A DNA stretch of 64,000 bases from Cladosporium halotolerans. Taxonomy: Eukaryota. Numbering within the stretch: the first letter of the stretch is position 1; the number at the start of each line of letters is the position of its first letter. Where the stretch lies: contig NW_027191476.1 in the NCBI RefSeq assembly GCF_011745625.1, forward strand, positions 1-64,000, read 5' to 3'. Made by a program: the position numbers and the translations under genes. This document shows positions 36,008 through 48,609 of this stretch, one piece after another. Below the pieces are notes generated by a model. The model saw nothing but the letters and a program-made list of their open reading frames with translations. It ran no database searches and was not told the origin of the DNA.

Positions 36008-37221
36008 CGATAGATACAAGAAGTATAGGGGAGAATTTGGATGTCGCGAATAGAGCTTCGGAACCCTCAAGAATGTGTTGCGTCTGTTCCAGCAACTTAG
36101 CTTCGTGGGAAGGCGGCCGGTCAATACACGCTCTGTCGAGGCTTTTGTAGATCAGCGTATCGCATGCCTCGAAGCACTCGCCAGTGTTGAAAGATCTATG
36201 ATTCACCCGTCGAACTCCTCCGCCATCTGTTCGGCCAATGCGTACAGCCCGTGTGCTTGTGATTCTTCCGCGCGTAGAATCGAATACGTACAAGAATCCG
36301 GTGGGCGTATTCTGACGTCAATAGGTATCCCAGCTGCTTTTTCTACGTGGATGACACTCTGGCACTATATCAGTCCTACCGTAAAACATCCGCAGTGTCT
36401 TTCATGTATTTCGCCTGCAAATGACACGGCTGGCAAGCGTTTGACAAGTGGCCGCTGATCATCGTCTCATTTGGCGCTGAGCAAATTCCACATTGAGGGC
36501 TGCGGCCCAATGGAGGCGAGAGGAGCGGGCGTTTTGGGCGATACGAGAAGGAGATCAGTCCAAGACACGCGGATTCACGACGTTTCCTCGCTCACGCCGC
36601 CCTCGCCCGAACTTGGTGTGTTGCGCGTCCCGGCGGAGCTGGCTGTCATTAGACTATTCAAGCGTTCGGCGGATGACGGCGCCCACCGACCCGAACGCCT
36701 CCAATGAACATCGTCTCTCCCGGAACAAGCACCGTTTGGTCATTGCTTGACATGGCGATCTCCCGCAGAGCCGGCGCGCTCCTCCAGGATTGCCATCGCC
36801 GCCTGCACACGCAATGCTCGCCGCCCACAGACCGCAACCAAGTGGTTTTCCATCAAGGCATGCGCGATGCAACCCATCGATGTCGAACTCTAGAACATGA
36901 GATAAGGTATGTTCCATCGCACAGCTGACGCTCTTTAGCATGCAATCTTCCCCACCGTCATGACTTCTCCGGCCAAACCGCACAGGTTTCCAACGCCTCG
37001 AGGGAATTCGCAGAGTGCCGTTGGCGAATACGAACCCTCCGCTGGTAGGTATATGATGATCTGCTAATTGCCCCCACAAGTCACCGTTGAAGTCATGCAT
37101 GTGTTGTGAAGACCATTAGTGATGCCAATCTGGCAGAGAGAATAACTACTCTGCCTGCTGCACGCGACAGCAGAATCATTCCCACCCAGGTCGGTTTTTC
37201 ACCATCGCTTCATCGCCTATA

Positions 37222-38499
37222 ATGCCATTCTCTTTCCTCTCTGGACTCGCCCTCTTTGGCGCCTGTGCCTGGGCCCAGCAATATGCTGGTGACACCATCT
37301 CTGGATCCCTCCCCACGGAGGCCGGTGCAGAAGTCGCATTCTTCCGTATCTCTGATCCTTCTGGCGCAAATGACCGCCTCACGCTTGTCAACTACCAGTC
37401 GCTCGGCAGTGATGGCCAGCGTCTGAAGCCATCCAACATCCAAAGAGCGGTCATCATGATGGCCGGTCAGCGAAGGGACGCCAACACCTACATTGGCTAC
37501 GTAAGTTCTCTCTCCACCTCTCAACCGAATGTGTGATCTCTGACAGTGTCTTTGCAGGCAATCAATGCTCTGGCGACTGCCGATCCTGCATACGGTCCCA
37601 CCAAGGACAATGTGGCTATTACCGCGCCTCTGTTTGCCAACGAGCAGGACAAGGGAACCGCATACCCATTCGACGATGCTTCTAACTCTCCGGGCTCAAA
37701 CGCTCTGGCCTGGTACGATACTGAATGGGCCTATGGCCGCAACAACATGTACCCGTACGGAAGCAACAACATCTCGACTTTCCACGTTCTTGACGAGATC
37801 GTCGCCTACTACAAGGACCAGAACCAGTTCCCCAACATGCACGAGATCGTGGTTGCTGGCCACTCGATGGGATCGCAGCTGATCCAGCGCTACGCCGCGC
37901 TCACTAGCGTTGGTAGTGACGACCGTGTGCAGGTCACTTTCTGGCCGGGTAAGCAATTTCCAATGTGTGCTGGTAAGAAGACCATAGCTGACCATCTGCG
38001 AACAGGTGATCCCAACTCCCTCGTCTGGCTGAGCACCGACCGCCCGCAAGGACCGTATGTGGACTGTGATACCTACGACAACTATCCAGAAGGCTTCAGC
38101 AACTACGAAGCCGACAACCAGCAATACGGTGTGTCGCTTGTGATGCGCGGCCGTGACGCCATCCGCCAGAACTACGAGTCTAAGCAGATCTCCTACCTGC
38201 GCTCCCTTCAGGATACTGGCGACTACACCGTCACCGGCTGCGGCGCGTACAGCACTGGCCCGAACCGCGACGTGCGCTTCCTCAACTTCATGAACACGTT
38301 CCCTCCTTCTTGCGACAACCCGTCAGGTGGCAACTGCGACACCGTCGACTACGTGGACGAGTCGCACGACGCGGCTGCTGCGTGCAAGTCGTCGCCTGGC
38401 ATGTCGCGTCTTTTCTACGACAACTTTGACGGCAAGGGAGGACGCGCTCACGACTTCGGCGCGAGGAGGACGCAAGGCGACAGCCCCTACCCTGCGTAG
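37222..38499 (+). CDS. Secreted alpha/beta-hydrolase-fold (esterase-like) protein
   Basis: Signal peptide (cleavage AWA-QQ), VVAGHSMGSQLIQRYA nucleophile elbow, C-terminal SHD; introns approx 37501-37557 and 37949-38005. Confidence 0.82.
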
Positions 38500-39258
38500 A
38501 GCAGTTGTCACCATGAGAATCACCCTTTGGAGGCGACTTACACCGAAGCGCGATACGACAGAAGCGCTTAGTCGTCAGCCGTCAACGACATTTCTCTTCT
38601 CTCTTACATTTCGTATAAATATCTAGTAGTCTAATTCTTTTCAAAATACACTCTTCGAAAACAAGCCGGCTTCATCTTCCTTTCAGCAGCCGTCCGCTAT
38701 CACTTACGCGTGAGGGTACTCTTGATCCCGATGTTGAAGGTCGCATGGTAAGCTTTACCAAATTAGAAGTCATTATCGACATCATACAAATACATCGTAG
38801 ACTCACGGGATGTAGAACCATGCAATTCACGCAGCCAATAACCATACGCTCAAAGAGAACGTTAGGTCGACTTTAACGGCAATCCATTAGATCTAGCCTC
38901 ACTGTAGGCAGAGCATGCAACTTTCCTAACCGTGTCCCAGGAGCTTCGCGACAACGCGCCATCATCACAGTCTCACATATCGATTCGGCAGGCACGCAGA
39001 ATACACGGACAGCTCGTTCGAACTCCCAAAACTCTCACACTCATCTGCGCCGAGCGCCTTTTCTTGAAATGTATGGTGGCGGTCTTTCATGGTCGCGATC
39101 GGTCGCAAGAAATAGAGGCACACGCTACAACAGTGCCTCAGCTTCAGCCTCGCCCTGCCCGCTCAACCTCATGTTGCCAGCGATATTCCCCCAAGTACTG
39201 CTCCCAAGTAGCTTGCTCCGATGGAAGACGTCAGAGACCGCGATCCCAAACTGCAGCC

Positions 39259-40642
39259 ATGGCTCTTCCAGGTGGAGGCCACAGTTACGAGCACAGCGTC
39301 ATCAGCGGCCTTGCGCGAGTGCATTTCGGCGACGTGCACAATTGTCAGTTGAGATTGCCACGCGATGCGCTTAAACCTCAGTACTGACACAAGACCTGAA
39401 GATGCAGGGCCAACGTCAAACACAGGGACGGGGAAACCCTGCCTCCAAGCTCTATTCCTCACAGACCCCGCCATCGACCGCCAAAGCCTCATCGACAGGA
39501 AAGGCAAAAGGGTGCCGGGAACATGCGGATGGGTCAGAAAAGACGAGGCCTTGAAGTGCTGGCTTGAGAGCGACCCCAACCTTCTGTGGATCTGCGGCGG
39601 GACGGGCAAAGGAAAGGCCATGCTGTCCATCTACCTAACCCAGAAGCTGGCAGCCAAGTTCGGGGATGATGTTATCTACCACTTCCGCAGCAGTGAAGAC
39701 GAGAAACGGAACCGCTCCACTGCAGTGCTCCGGACGCTGATATGGCAGATGGTAACGAAGCAGCCAGCTCTCGCTCGGCTGGTCATTCCGTACTTCAACC
39801 TGGCCGAGGAAGTGGGCGCTGTACTGGCCTCGCCTGGATCCCTTTGGCAGATTCTACTCAAGCTGATTCAGGATGCTTCGTTCCGGATAACTTACTGCAT
39901 CATCGATGCACAAGACGGATGTGAGGACGGATCGACGCGCTGGCTCGCCAGTCAATTCGCTGAACTTCACGAAGAAACGGCCAAAGGCCGCATGCACGTG
40001 TTGATCGTCAGCCGCGGGTTGCCGGAGTTCAGCGGCGTCAAGCAGATTCACCTGAGTTCAAAGACCGCCAGCCACGTTGGCAGCGACGTGGAAACGTTCA
40101 TGTCGGCGAAGATGCGCACGCTGTCACGGAGGCTTCAACTCTCCGAGAAGTTCAGCACTCACATCCAAGCCGAGCTCCTGCGTCGAGCCGAAGGCACTTT
40201 CCTCTGTATTGGCCACGCCATGGCTGAGCTGTACACGCTAAAGACCAGCGTTGAGATAGAAGACGCCGTGAGCGAGCTACCAACAGCTCTCCCCGCTGTA
40301 TACAGCCGTATGCTCCTCAAGATCTCCCCTGCCCGACGCGAGATATGCGTCACGATATTACACTGGGTGGCAATAGCCTCAGAAACAATGACTATGGAAC
40401 AGCTATGCGCACTGACGGCGTGGGTGGAAGCGATCCTGGAGGACAAGAGGGATCCGTGGGAAGAAGCGATAGCCCTCGCCAGGGCGTCGGTCGACTCTGA
40501 ACAGACCTCTCAGGGTCCCAAAGATTGCCCACCACTGACTCCGCTCGAATGCCTGACTATGTCCCTCGGGAGATCACCGAGGAAACCGAGAAGATTGTCG
40601 ACACCGGATGACTGTTGCTCGCCCTCACGAGTCGATCGGTGA
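39259..40642 (+). pseudogene. Degenerate/truncated NACHT NLR with N-terminal amyloid signalling motif
   Basis: CLQALFLTDP..DR, GTCGW, LLWICGGTGKGKAML (Walker A T to A), YCIIDAQDGC (Walker B degenerate), AEGTFLC; no C-terminal repeats; intron from 39344 to 39401 or 39407. Confidence 0.75.
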
Positions 40643-41465
40643 CAGGAAACATTCGGTCACGAAGCCACGTTTGCTCCAGCACTGGCGGTCAGCTAGCAGG
40701 ATACGAAGATCAGCTTCTGGATAGGAGACGAATGTGCAACAGATGCCACAATTTGCCACTTTACTGGTCTAGACGTTGGACGACTGGGACGACGACGACC
40801 ATAGCGTTGCTGCTCGACCCGCAGGCAAGCAACCTCCGGAGGGACGCCGGGCGGCGACGCGAAGAGGGTCTGTGCGAGCGAGCGAGTGTCGGGCGTCACA
40901 GTTTCATGGGGAAGCGCTCGTTTCCCCAGACGGTCGCACCTGGGCAGCCTCCAATGGATGGCTCGCAGAAGTGAGAGTCGCGTATAAGGACTCCGTGTGT
41001 GCGATATACGTACATAAAGCACAGGTACAGCTGGAATGCCCTCGCGTGAGGTACGAATGATTGGCTTTCACAACCAATCAATCACGCAGCAACGCTGACG
41101 AAGGTTTCCGTGGCTGGGTTGTTGAGCGTGAGTGGTGGATACGTCGCAAGCACAGCGCCATGTGGAGCCCGTTGATGTCGTGATCGACTTTGTAGGCCGT
41201 GAGGCAGGGCAAGAGACAGGCGATGCCAAGCGAGGCAGGCTAGCACAGCGACAGCGGAGTAAGCGGATGTGCAGTGCAGAGATTTGCTAGCGGCCTCGCA
41301 GGCAGGAGCGTGAATGGGCGGCGGTCGAGCAGATAGCGCGCATTGCATTGGGGCCAGAGTGATGGGAGAGTTTTGGCTACGTGGAGGGTTCATCAAGAGC
41401 TCAGCAAGACCTCAGCGAGCGGCGCCCCGCGCGTGGTACGATATCGGAGCCAGCGACAGAACGCG

Positions 41466-41511
41466 ATGAGTAAAAGCGCGGGCCGGCGCGGCGCGAGGCT
41501 CCTCAGCCAAT
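41466..41511 (+). promoter_or_regulatory. bZIP-like TGAGTAA site and CCAAT box in GC-rich MET6 promoter
   Basis: ATGAGTAA 41466-41473 and CCAAT 41507-41511, followed by a CT-rich leader typical of strong fungal promoters. Confidence 0.3.
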
Positions 41512-41806
41512 CGCACCCCGCGGCTGCCCGCGCCGACTGCGCTTGCGCTTGGACCCTGGGCGGGCTGGGCGCGCACAGCGGCCCAGCGCGACAATCAGCG
41601 CCGGCCGGGCAGCCCACGCAGCCCACGCAGCCCCTCCATTCCTCACCCCACCTGCTCCTCCACGCAACTTTTCTCGCCCGCGTCACTGCACATAAACACC
41701 CTTCCCCTCCTCACCCGTTTTCTTCCCTCCTCCCTCTTCCTCCTCCTCATTCTCCCCTTTCCCTTTCACCACCATTCTCCCCTTTACCATCAGACACACG
41801 TTCAAG

Positions 41807-44116
41807 ATGGTGCAATCCGCAGTTCTCGGTTTCCCGCGCATGGGCCGCCTGCGTGACCTGAAGAAGGCCAACGAGGCCTACTGGGGCGGCAAGCTGTCTC
41901 GCGAGGACCTCCTCGCCGAGGGCAAGAGGCTCAGGCTCGAGCACTGGAAGATCCAGAAGGACGCCGGCGTGGACATCATCCCCAGCAACGACTTCGCCTA
42001 CTACGACCATGTCCTCGACCACATCCAGATGTTCAACGCCATCCCCGAGCGTTACAGCAAGGACAGCCTCCACGAGCTCGACCAGTACTTCGCCATGGGC
42101 CGTGGCCACCAGAAGGACGGCATTGACGTGCCCTCCCTCGAGATGGTCAAGTGGTTCGACTCCAACTACCACTACGTCAAGCCCACTCTCCAGGACAACC
42201 AGACCTTCAAGCTCGCTGCCGACCCCAAGCCCGTCCGCGAGTTCAAGGAGGCCAAGGAGGCTGGCATCACCACCCGCCCCGTCCTCGTCGGTCCCGTCTC
42301 TTTCCTCGCCCTCGGCAAGGCCGACCGTGGCCAGTCCGTTGACCCCATCTCCCTCCTCGACAAGCTCCTCCCCGTCTACGAGCAGCTCCTGAAGCAGCTC
42401 AAGGAGGCTGGTGCCGAGACCGTCCAGATCGACGAGCCCGTCCTCGTCTTCGACCTTCCCGCCAAGATCAAGCAGGCCTTCAAGCCCGCCTACGAGAAGC
42501 TCACTGCCCTCCAGGGCTCCGCTGGTCCCCAGCTCGCCGTCTCCACTTACTTCGGTGACATCGTCCACAACCTTGACGTCGTCGACAGCGCTCTCAAGAA
42601 CGCCTACGCTCTTCACGTCGACCTGGTCCGCAACCCTGAGCAGCTCAACGAGGTTATCGCCCACCTCGGTGACAAGCAGATCCTCTCTGCTGGTGTCGTT
42701 GACGGCCGTAACATCTGGAAGACCAACTTCAAGAAGGCCATCGAGGTCGTTGAGACCGCCGTCCAGAAGCTCGGCAAGGAGCGTGTCCTCGTCGCCACCT
42801 CCAGCTCTCTCCTTCACACTCCTCACACCCTTGCCAGCGAGAAGAAGCTCGACGAGGAGGTCAGGGACTGGTTCTCCTTCGCCAGCGAGAAGGTTCACGA
42901 GGTTGCCCTCATCGCCAAGGCCGTCTCCAACGGCCCCGACTCCGTCCGTGAGCAGCTCGAGGCCAACGCCAAGAGCATGCAGTCCCGCGCCACCTCCAAG
43001 CGCACCAACAACCCTGAGGTCAAGAAGAGGCAGGAGGCCGTCACTGCCGCCATGCACAACCGCCAGTCGGCTTTCGACACCCGTTACGCCCAGCAGAAGA
43101 CCCACCTGTCTCTGCCCAAGTTCCCTACCACCACCATTGGTTCCTTCCCTCAGACCCAGGACATCCGCATCCAGCGCAACAAGTTCACCAAGGGCGAGAT
43201 CACTCCTAAGGAGTACGAGGAGTTCATTGAGAAGGAGATCCGCGATGTCATCGCCATTCAGGACGAGCTCGACCTCGACGTCTACGTCCACGGTGAGCCC
43301 GAGCGTAACGACATGGTCCAGTACTTCGGTGAGCGCCTCGACGGTTACGTCTTCACCACCCACGCCTGGGTGCAGTCTTACGGCTCCCGTTGCGTGCGTC
43401 CCCCGATCATCGTCGGTGACGTCTCCCGCCCTGAGCCCATGACCGTCAAGGAGTCCAAGTACGCCGCCTCCGTCAGCAAGAAGCCCATGAAGGGTATGCT
43501 TACTGGCCCGATCACCTGTCTCCGCTGGTCTTTCCCGCGTGACGATGTTCACCAGTCCGTCCAGGCTCAGCAGCTCGCCCTCGCCCTCCGCGACGAGGTC
43601 GTCGACCTTGAGGCTGCTGGCATCTACGTCATCCAGGTTGACGAGCCTGCCCTCCGTGAGGGTCTTCCTCTCCGCTCCGGCTCCGAGCGCGAGAAGTACC
43701 TCTCCTGGGCCGTCGACAGCTTCAAGCTGTCCACCGCCGGTGTCCAGGACTCTACTCAGATCCACTCTCACTTCTGTTACTCTGAGTTCCAGGACTTCTT
43801 CCACGCCATTGCCGCTCTCGACGCCGACGTTCTGTCCATCGAGAACAGCAAGTCTGACGCCAAGCTCCTCAAGGTCTTCATTGACGAGGCCTACCCCCGT
43901 CACATCGGCCCTGGTGTCTACGACATCCACTCCCCGCGTGTCCCCTCCGAGCAGGAGATCAAGGACCGCGTCGAGGAGATGCTCCAGTACCTCAAGCCCG
44001 AGCAGCTCTGGATCAACCCTGACTGCGGTCTCAAGACCCGCCAGTGGAAGGAGACCAAGGCCGCACTTACCAACCTGGTCAACGCCGCCAAGTTCTTCCG
44101 CGAGAAGTACGCTTAA
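41807..44116 (+). CDS. MET6: Cobalamin-independent methionine synthase
   Basis: LGFPRMG, KWFDSNYHY, PTTTIGSFPQT, HGEPERNDMVQYF, HSHFCYSEF, WINPDCGLKTR; intronless, extreme codon bias. Confidence 0.99.
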   Translation: MVQSAVLGFPRMGRLRDLKKANEAYWGGKLSREDLLAEGKRLRLEHWKIQKDAGVDIIPSNDFAYYDHVLDHIQMFNAIPERYSKDSLHELDQYFAMGRGHQKDGIDVPSLEMVKWFDSNYHYVKPTLQDNQTFKLAADPKPVREFKEAKEAGITTRPVLVGPVSFLALGKADRGQSVDPISLLDKLLPVYEQLLKQLKEAGAETVQIDEPVLVFDLPAKIKQAFKPAYEKLTALQGSAGPQLAVSTYFGDIVHNLDVVDSALKNAYALHVDLVRNPEQLNEVIAHLGDKQILSAGVVDGRNIWKTNFKKAIEVVETAVQKLGKERVLVATSSSLLHTPHTLASEKKLDEEVRDWFSFASEKVHEVALIAKAVSNGPDSVREQLEANAKSMQSRATSKRTNNPEVKKRQEAVTAAMHNRQSAFDTRYAQQKTHLSLPKFPTTTIGSFPQTQDIRIQRNKFTKGEITPKEYEEFIEKEIRDVIAIQDELDLDVYVHGEPERNDMVQYFGERLDGYVFTTHAWVQSYGSRCVRPPIIVGDVSRPEPMTVKESKYAASVSKKPMKGMLTGPITCLRWSFPRDDVHQSVQAQQLALALRDEVVDLEAAGIYVIQVDEPALREGLPLRSGSEREKYLSWAVDSFKLSTAGVQDSTQIHSHFCYSEFQDFFHAIAALDADVLSIENSKSDAKLLKVFIDEAYPRHIGPGVYDIHSPRVPSEQEIKDRVEEMLQYLKPEQLWINPDCGLKTRQWKETKAALTNLVNAAKFFREKYA

Positions 44117-44892
44117 GCGACTTCTTTCTCTGTACAACTACAACCACCCGCCTAACGCGGGCGTCGGACATTTCCACACATGTCTGACCAAGGCAAGCAC
44201 TTAACTGCTTTGCCCGGATTTTAACGAGTTTGATGCTTCAACACTGTGATACCCAATAACTGTTCAACATTAGCGAGGAGTTCAACAAAACGGAAAAGAT
44301 ACGAAATGGGGATGATGACATTATGGCTTTTTTACGATGACTCTCAACGATCATCCTAAAACCCGAAAAGCGAGCATTCAATCAAGTGGTGTTCTGGGTT
44401 TGGCTGATTCTGTTTTTATGATGGGAGGGGAGAAGGGCAATGGCAACATGAGCTATCGCGAGCATCGTTCGTAATTTCATGTACTTGCTGGCTTTTCTCA
44501 TTTTGTGTTCCGCTTTCGCATTTCTTCTCTACTCGTATCGCTCTTACCGTTTGTATTGCTGTTGGCCTGCAACTTCTAGTTGGACGCACGTGACTTTCAC
44601 TCCGTGCAGCAGGTCCTCCCGAAGTGGTCTTTCCCTCGATGAATAACAGCCGCGTCTCCGTTCAAGGTCATCACTGCCAGTCCTAACTACAACGGATCGT
44701 ACACAACAGCGTCTCACAGCAGCACCTCTCACCCTGCACAACTCATCAATCACCAACATCACCCACCACCACTTGCACTTGGAAACCTCACCAACACTTG
44801 GATTACCAACAACCCACCTTGGATCACAAACATCCCATCCCACCCCATTACTACTTCCAACGCCCACATCCCACCCACGCACCACCCAAACC

Positions 44893-47800
44893 ATGCTCCC
44901 ACCCCTCTGCTGCACGCGCCCAACCGACCCCACCCGCCCGCTCTCCCCCCTCGACCCTCCCCGCCCCATCAATCACATCTTCGCCCTCGCCGCCCTGCCC
45001 GACGACCACCCGCACGCGAACGCCCTGCGGCTGCCCGCCCGCCGCGCGCCGAAACTGAGCAAGAGCATCGTGCGCAGTCCGAGTTTCGCGGGCAAGATCC
45101 GCGGGCAGCTGAGGAGGCGGAGGACGGTGGCTGATTTCGGCGTGGAAGTGGCCGGCGGTTTCTTCGATGGCGATGCGAAGGTGTTGGGGAGCGGGGAGGT
45201 GTTGGCTGCTGTGGGGTTGGAAGCGTGAGTTGCTTTTTCTTTCTTTCTTTCTTTCTCCGATGGTTTCGTTGGCGATCGGGCGTTTGGTTTGGTGGCTGTT
45301 GATGTGTTGCTGAACTTGCTTGCTTAGGACGCCTTTGGACAGTGGATCCGTTTTGAGCCGACTAGGAGTCGCTCCGCTTGCTGGGTCGGCTAGAAGGGTG
45401 CGGTCGTCTTTTGCTTTGGGAGCTGGACGGGACAGGAGCGAGAGGGAGACTTCTGAGGTGTCGATGGTCGAGCTCCAGGATTTGGCTTTGCTGAACTTGG
45501 ATCTGGCGGCTAGTCAAGTCGATGGAGCTGTTGAACAGTCGGATGGCACAACTCCTCCTGATGCGGAGGCGGGAGTTGATGATCGACCGAGTGATGGTGG
45601 GAGTGTTGAGACTTTGAAGCAAGCAGAAGGAGGGTCAGTCCAGGTCACCCCTGGGTTCGAAGGAGCACGAACAGAGAACGAGAGCGTGCTAGTCGACGAT
45701 GCTTCTCCTCAGGACCCCGGTTCCGTACACGACGATGACAACAACAGATCAGAGTCACACATCAGCTTCCACCTCTCGAAGAAGCACATCCCTCAGCAGC
45801 TTCGCTCGATGTCACAGTTGTCAGGCGCTCCAACAGACGATACCGACCGGCTGACACCCGAAGCGTGGACTTTTCACCGTCGCGAGAGATCAAATTGCGG
45901 CTACGGCGCGTCTACAATGAATGCCGACTCCAGTCGTTCCCGTCACATGCATCAGACGTCCGATTCCGGGATCAACAGCACCCATGTGCCGACATCGTGG
46001 GGTCGCGTGGTCCGAGATCGCGATGCTGCCTCGTCAATATACAGTCGCCCGACTAGCCCAGAAATGCCTCTACCCTACGACATACCAGCTGATTTGGCTG
46101 CTGTGGCAGACTGGCCGCTCACGGGTGGCATGGGTGATTTCACAGGCACAAGCGTTGTAGATGGTGCTGAGACGGCGACAAGGTGTTCGGCAGATCAGAC
46201 GGAGACTCGCATCACCATCGTCGAGCCTGAGCAAGATCCTGTGCTAGACATTAGTGCTACAACTCACAACACAGATCCAGAGACAGAAGCTTGCTTTGTT
46301 ATATCCCACCTCGATCCGTCACGTAAGAGCAGCTCAATCTTCACGGACAAACGCAGCAAATTTTCGGAACGCTTCACGCCACCCAAGAAGCTGGTCAGGA
46401 AACGGCGTTCCTTCTTCAAGTTTCTGCGCGCGGGTAGCCGCCGACTGCAACATCGTAGTATCAGCACTCCAGTCTTGCTCAGTACTGCGTCACAGCCACT
46501 CGTCGACGGAACGGCCGACGAGAATGAGCTACTTACCGTGCAATACGAGCTTACAGGCTTGGAAGGAAACCCTGTCCGTTCTGTCAGCCTAAACAATCTC
46601 CCCTCAGCAGCTACAAGCGCAAACGAGACCCAAGACGTCACTCCTTCTCCTGATCTGAGACGCAAACCTTCTCTTGCGGATTATGAAAGGCATTTGTCAG
46701 TCGTCGGAGACAACCGACGGCGGCCTTCCGCGAGAGACCTCAAACGCCTGAGTCAAATCGAAGAGGATGATCTCCACGAGCCAGTAACGACGACCAAGAA
46801 GTCTTTCAGCCTCCATTCAAAGACACGAGAGACCGATCCTTTGATGGCTGCGGCTTTGGAACGGCAGTTGAGTGAGAAAGCACTCTTCCGGTCACCCAGC
46901 AAACGAAGTGTCCCAGTCAGTGAAGGGTCTTCAATGAGCTTCCTCATGACACCTTGGAACGAGCCATCTTCCGCTCAGCCTCAAAGCCCCGAACGCGATC
47001 CTCTTGATACATCTTTCAAAAGCTCAAGCGATACTCACCTGTCTCCTCCGCTCACTCCTCTAGGCAACTACACCCCAACGGCTAGCCCCAGCCAGCAGCA
47101 GCAGAAAGGCTCCAAGAAGCCAGTCGTCCTTCACACACCTTCTTCGATGTCCCGCGACTCCACTAGAAGCAGAATCGGCTCGTCACTGGAATCATGGACC
47201 CGCTACCCTTCACACACCCGCGGAGAACGATGCGCTTCCGCAGGCGCAGCGGACAACGTGCTTGCTCATGATTTCGCGATCGACGGCGCTCACAAGCGCT
47301 TAGGAAGCGCCAACGAAACCGATTCGTTCGATCCTGATAGAAGAACACTCAACAAGCAATCGACCAAGAGCTCCAAGACCCCTCTTCGGAAGAACCGTTC
47401 GGCCACGTTCACGTCTTTCATACGCTATTACAGCAACCTTTTCAGCAGTCCAGACTTCCACGGGAAGGGTCGGCGTACTTCGATCGCAATGGCAGGCAAT
47501 CTTGCACGTCCTGAGTTAGAGATCTTGCCACCGGTATTGCCAACATCGGCCACTTCCCCATCATCTACGCATTCTCATTTGGACGCGAAGATTCGTCAGA
47601 GTCCCCTCGCCCACATCAGCGAGCAAACGGAAGTCAATGGCGAAAGCGATAGACAAACATCTTCCGTGCACGACAATCACCTTCTGCCAATTGACGATTC
47701 AGCCGGCAGTTTGATTGCATTCCGCGGAGACAGCGTCTTCACGACCACTGCCCGAAACAACCAGCCGGAAACACAAGATGCGGACCCCACGAACGACTAC

Positions 47801-48316
47801 TTTCTAGAAAATGAAGTAGATCGCCACGAAACATCCACAGCAACCTCCACTTCCACTCCGTCAGGGAAACAAGCCCGCATCACCGACCTTGACGGCACCT
47901 CTGACCCCACGTCCACCGAAGCAACATCCCCCTCCTCTCCCACCTCAAAAGCCCAAACCTGGAGCACAGCCTACCAATCCTGCCTCATCATTCCACCAAG
48001 CCCACCCTCCCAGCACTCAGACAGCCTCGCCATGCCCCCGCCAGCTCTCAAGCCTCAGAAAAAGCGCTCGCCACAGCAACTCGAAAAGCACACCGCACGC
48101 CTGTACGCCGACGCTGCGATCAGGCGTTTCCCGTCCGTGACGGTCGTGGACGACCGCAAAGGGCACTGGCGCAGCGTGAGCTTCATCTCGGTCAAGTCGG
48201 GCAAGTCTGGGGCGAGCGATGGTGGGTTTGTGCGGGAGAGCTCGAATGATCTGCTGGCGCTTGTGGAGAAGAGGGAGGGAGAGGAGAGGGAGAAGTTGTT
48301 GAGGGCTGTGGGGTGA
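44893..48316 (+). CDS. Large Ser/Thr/Pro-rich hypothetical protein (~1100 aa)
   Basis: Exon 1 from ATG 44893 to the GTGAGT donor at 45225; intron with (TTTC)n to 45327; ~1000-codon open exon 2. Confidence 0.75.
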
Positions 48317-48609
48317 TTGCTCGTCTTGTATCTTTTTCCTTTCCTTGGTTTTGGCATGATTTTCTTTATTCTTTTCACATGCATTCTGCTTCGGCGTTGG
48401 GAGGGTTGGATGCATCATGGGCAGAGGGAAGCTGATGTATCTCTTGTCGCTCAATAGCTCGCGAGCACTGTGATAACAGAGCATCGAATGGATAATGTGG
48501 AATTGCTTTTGACATAGCTCAACTAACTTGACCTTTCTATGTGAGCGTGGGTAAAGACCTCGTGACATACTCCCGTCATGAATCTCCAGGTAAGTCATAT
48601 TCCCATACT

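Noticed and set aside
38500..39258. Search for a HeLo/HELL or SesB effector partner beside the NLR
   Set aside because: No coding signal or amyloid repeats on either strand; the neighbouring hydrolase is secreted and lacks a C-terminal amyloid motif.
41747..44137. 796-aa antisense ORF over MET6 (likewise antisense/overlapping ORFs over VDAC, ADH, acyl-CoA oxidase and PCT1)
   Set aside because: Shadow of strong C/G third-position codon bias; no recognisable protein.
44312..44407. ATGATGA ... CTGA pair in the MET6 3' region resembling a C/D snoRNA
   Set aside because: No recognisable rRNA antisense element or terminal stem; likely ordinary 3' UTR.
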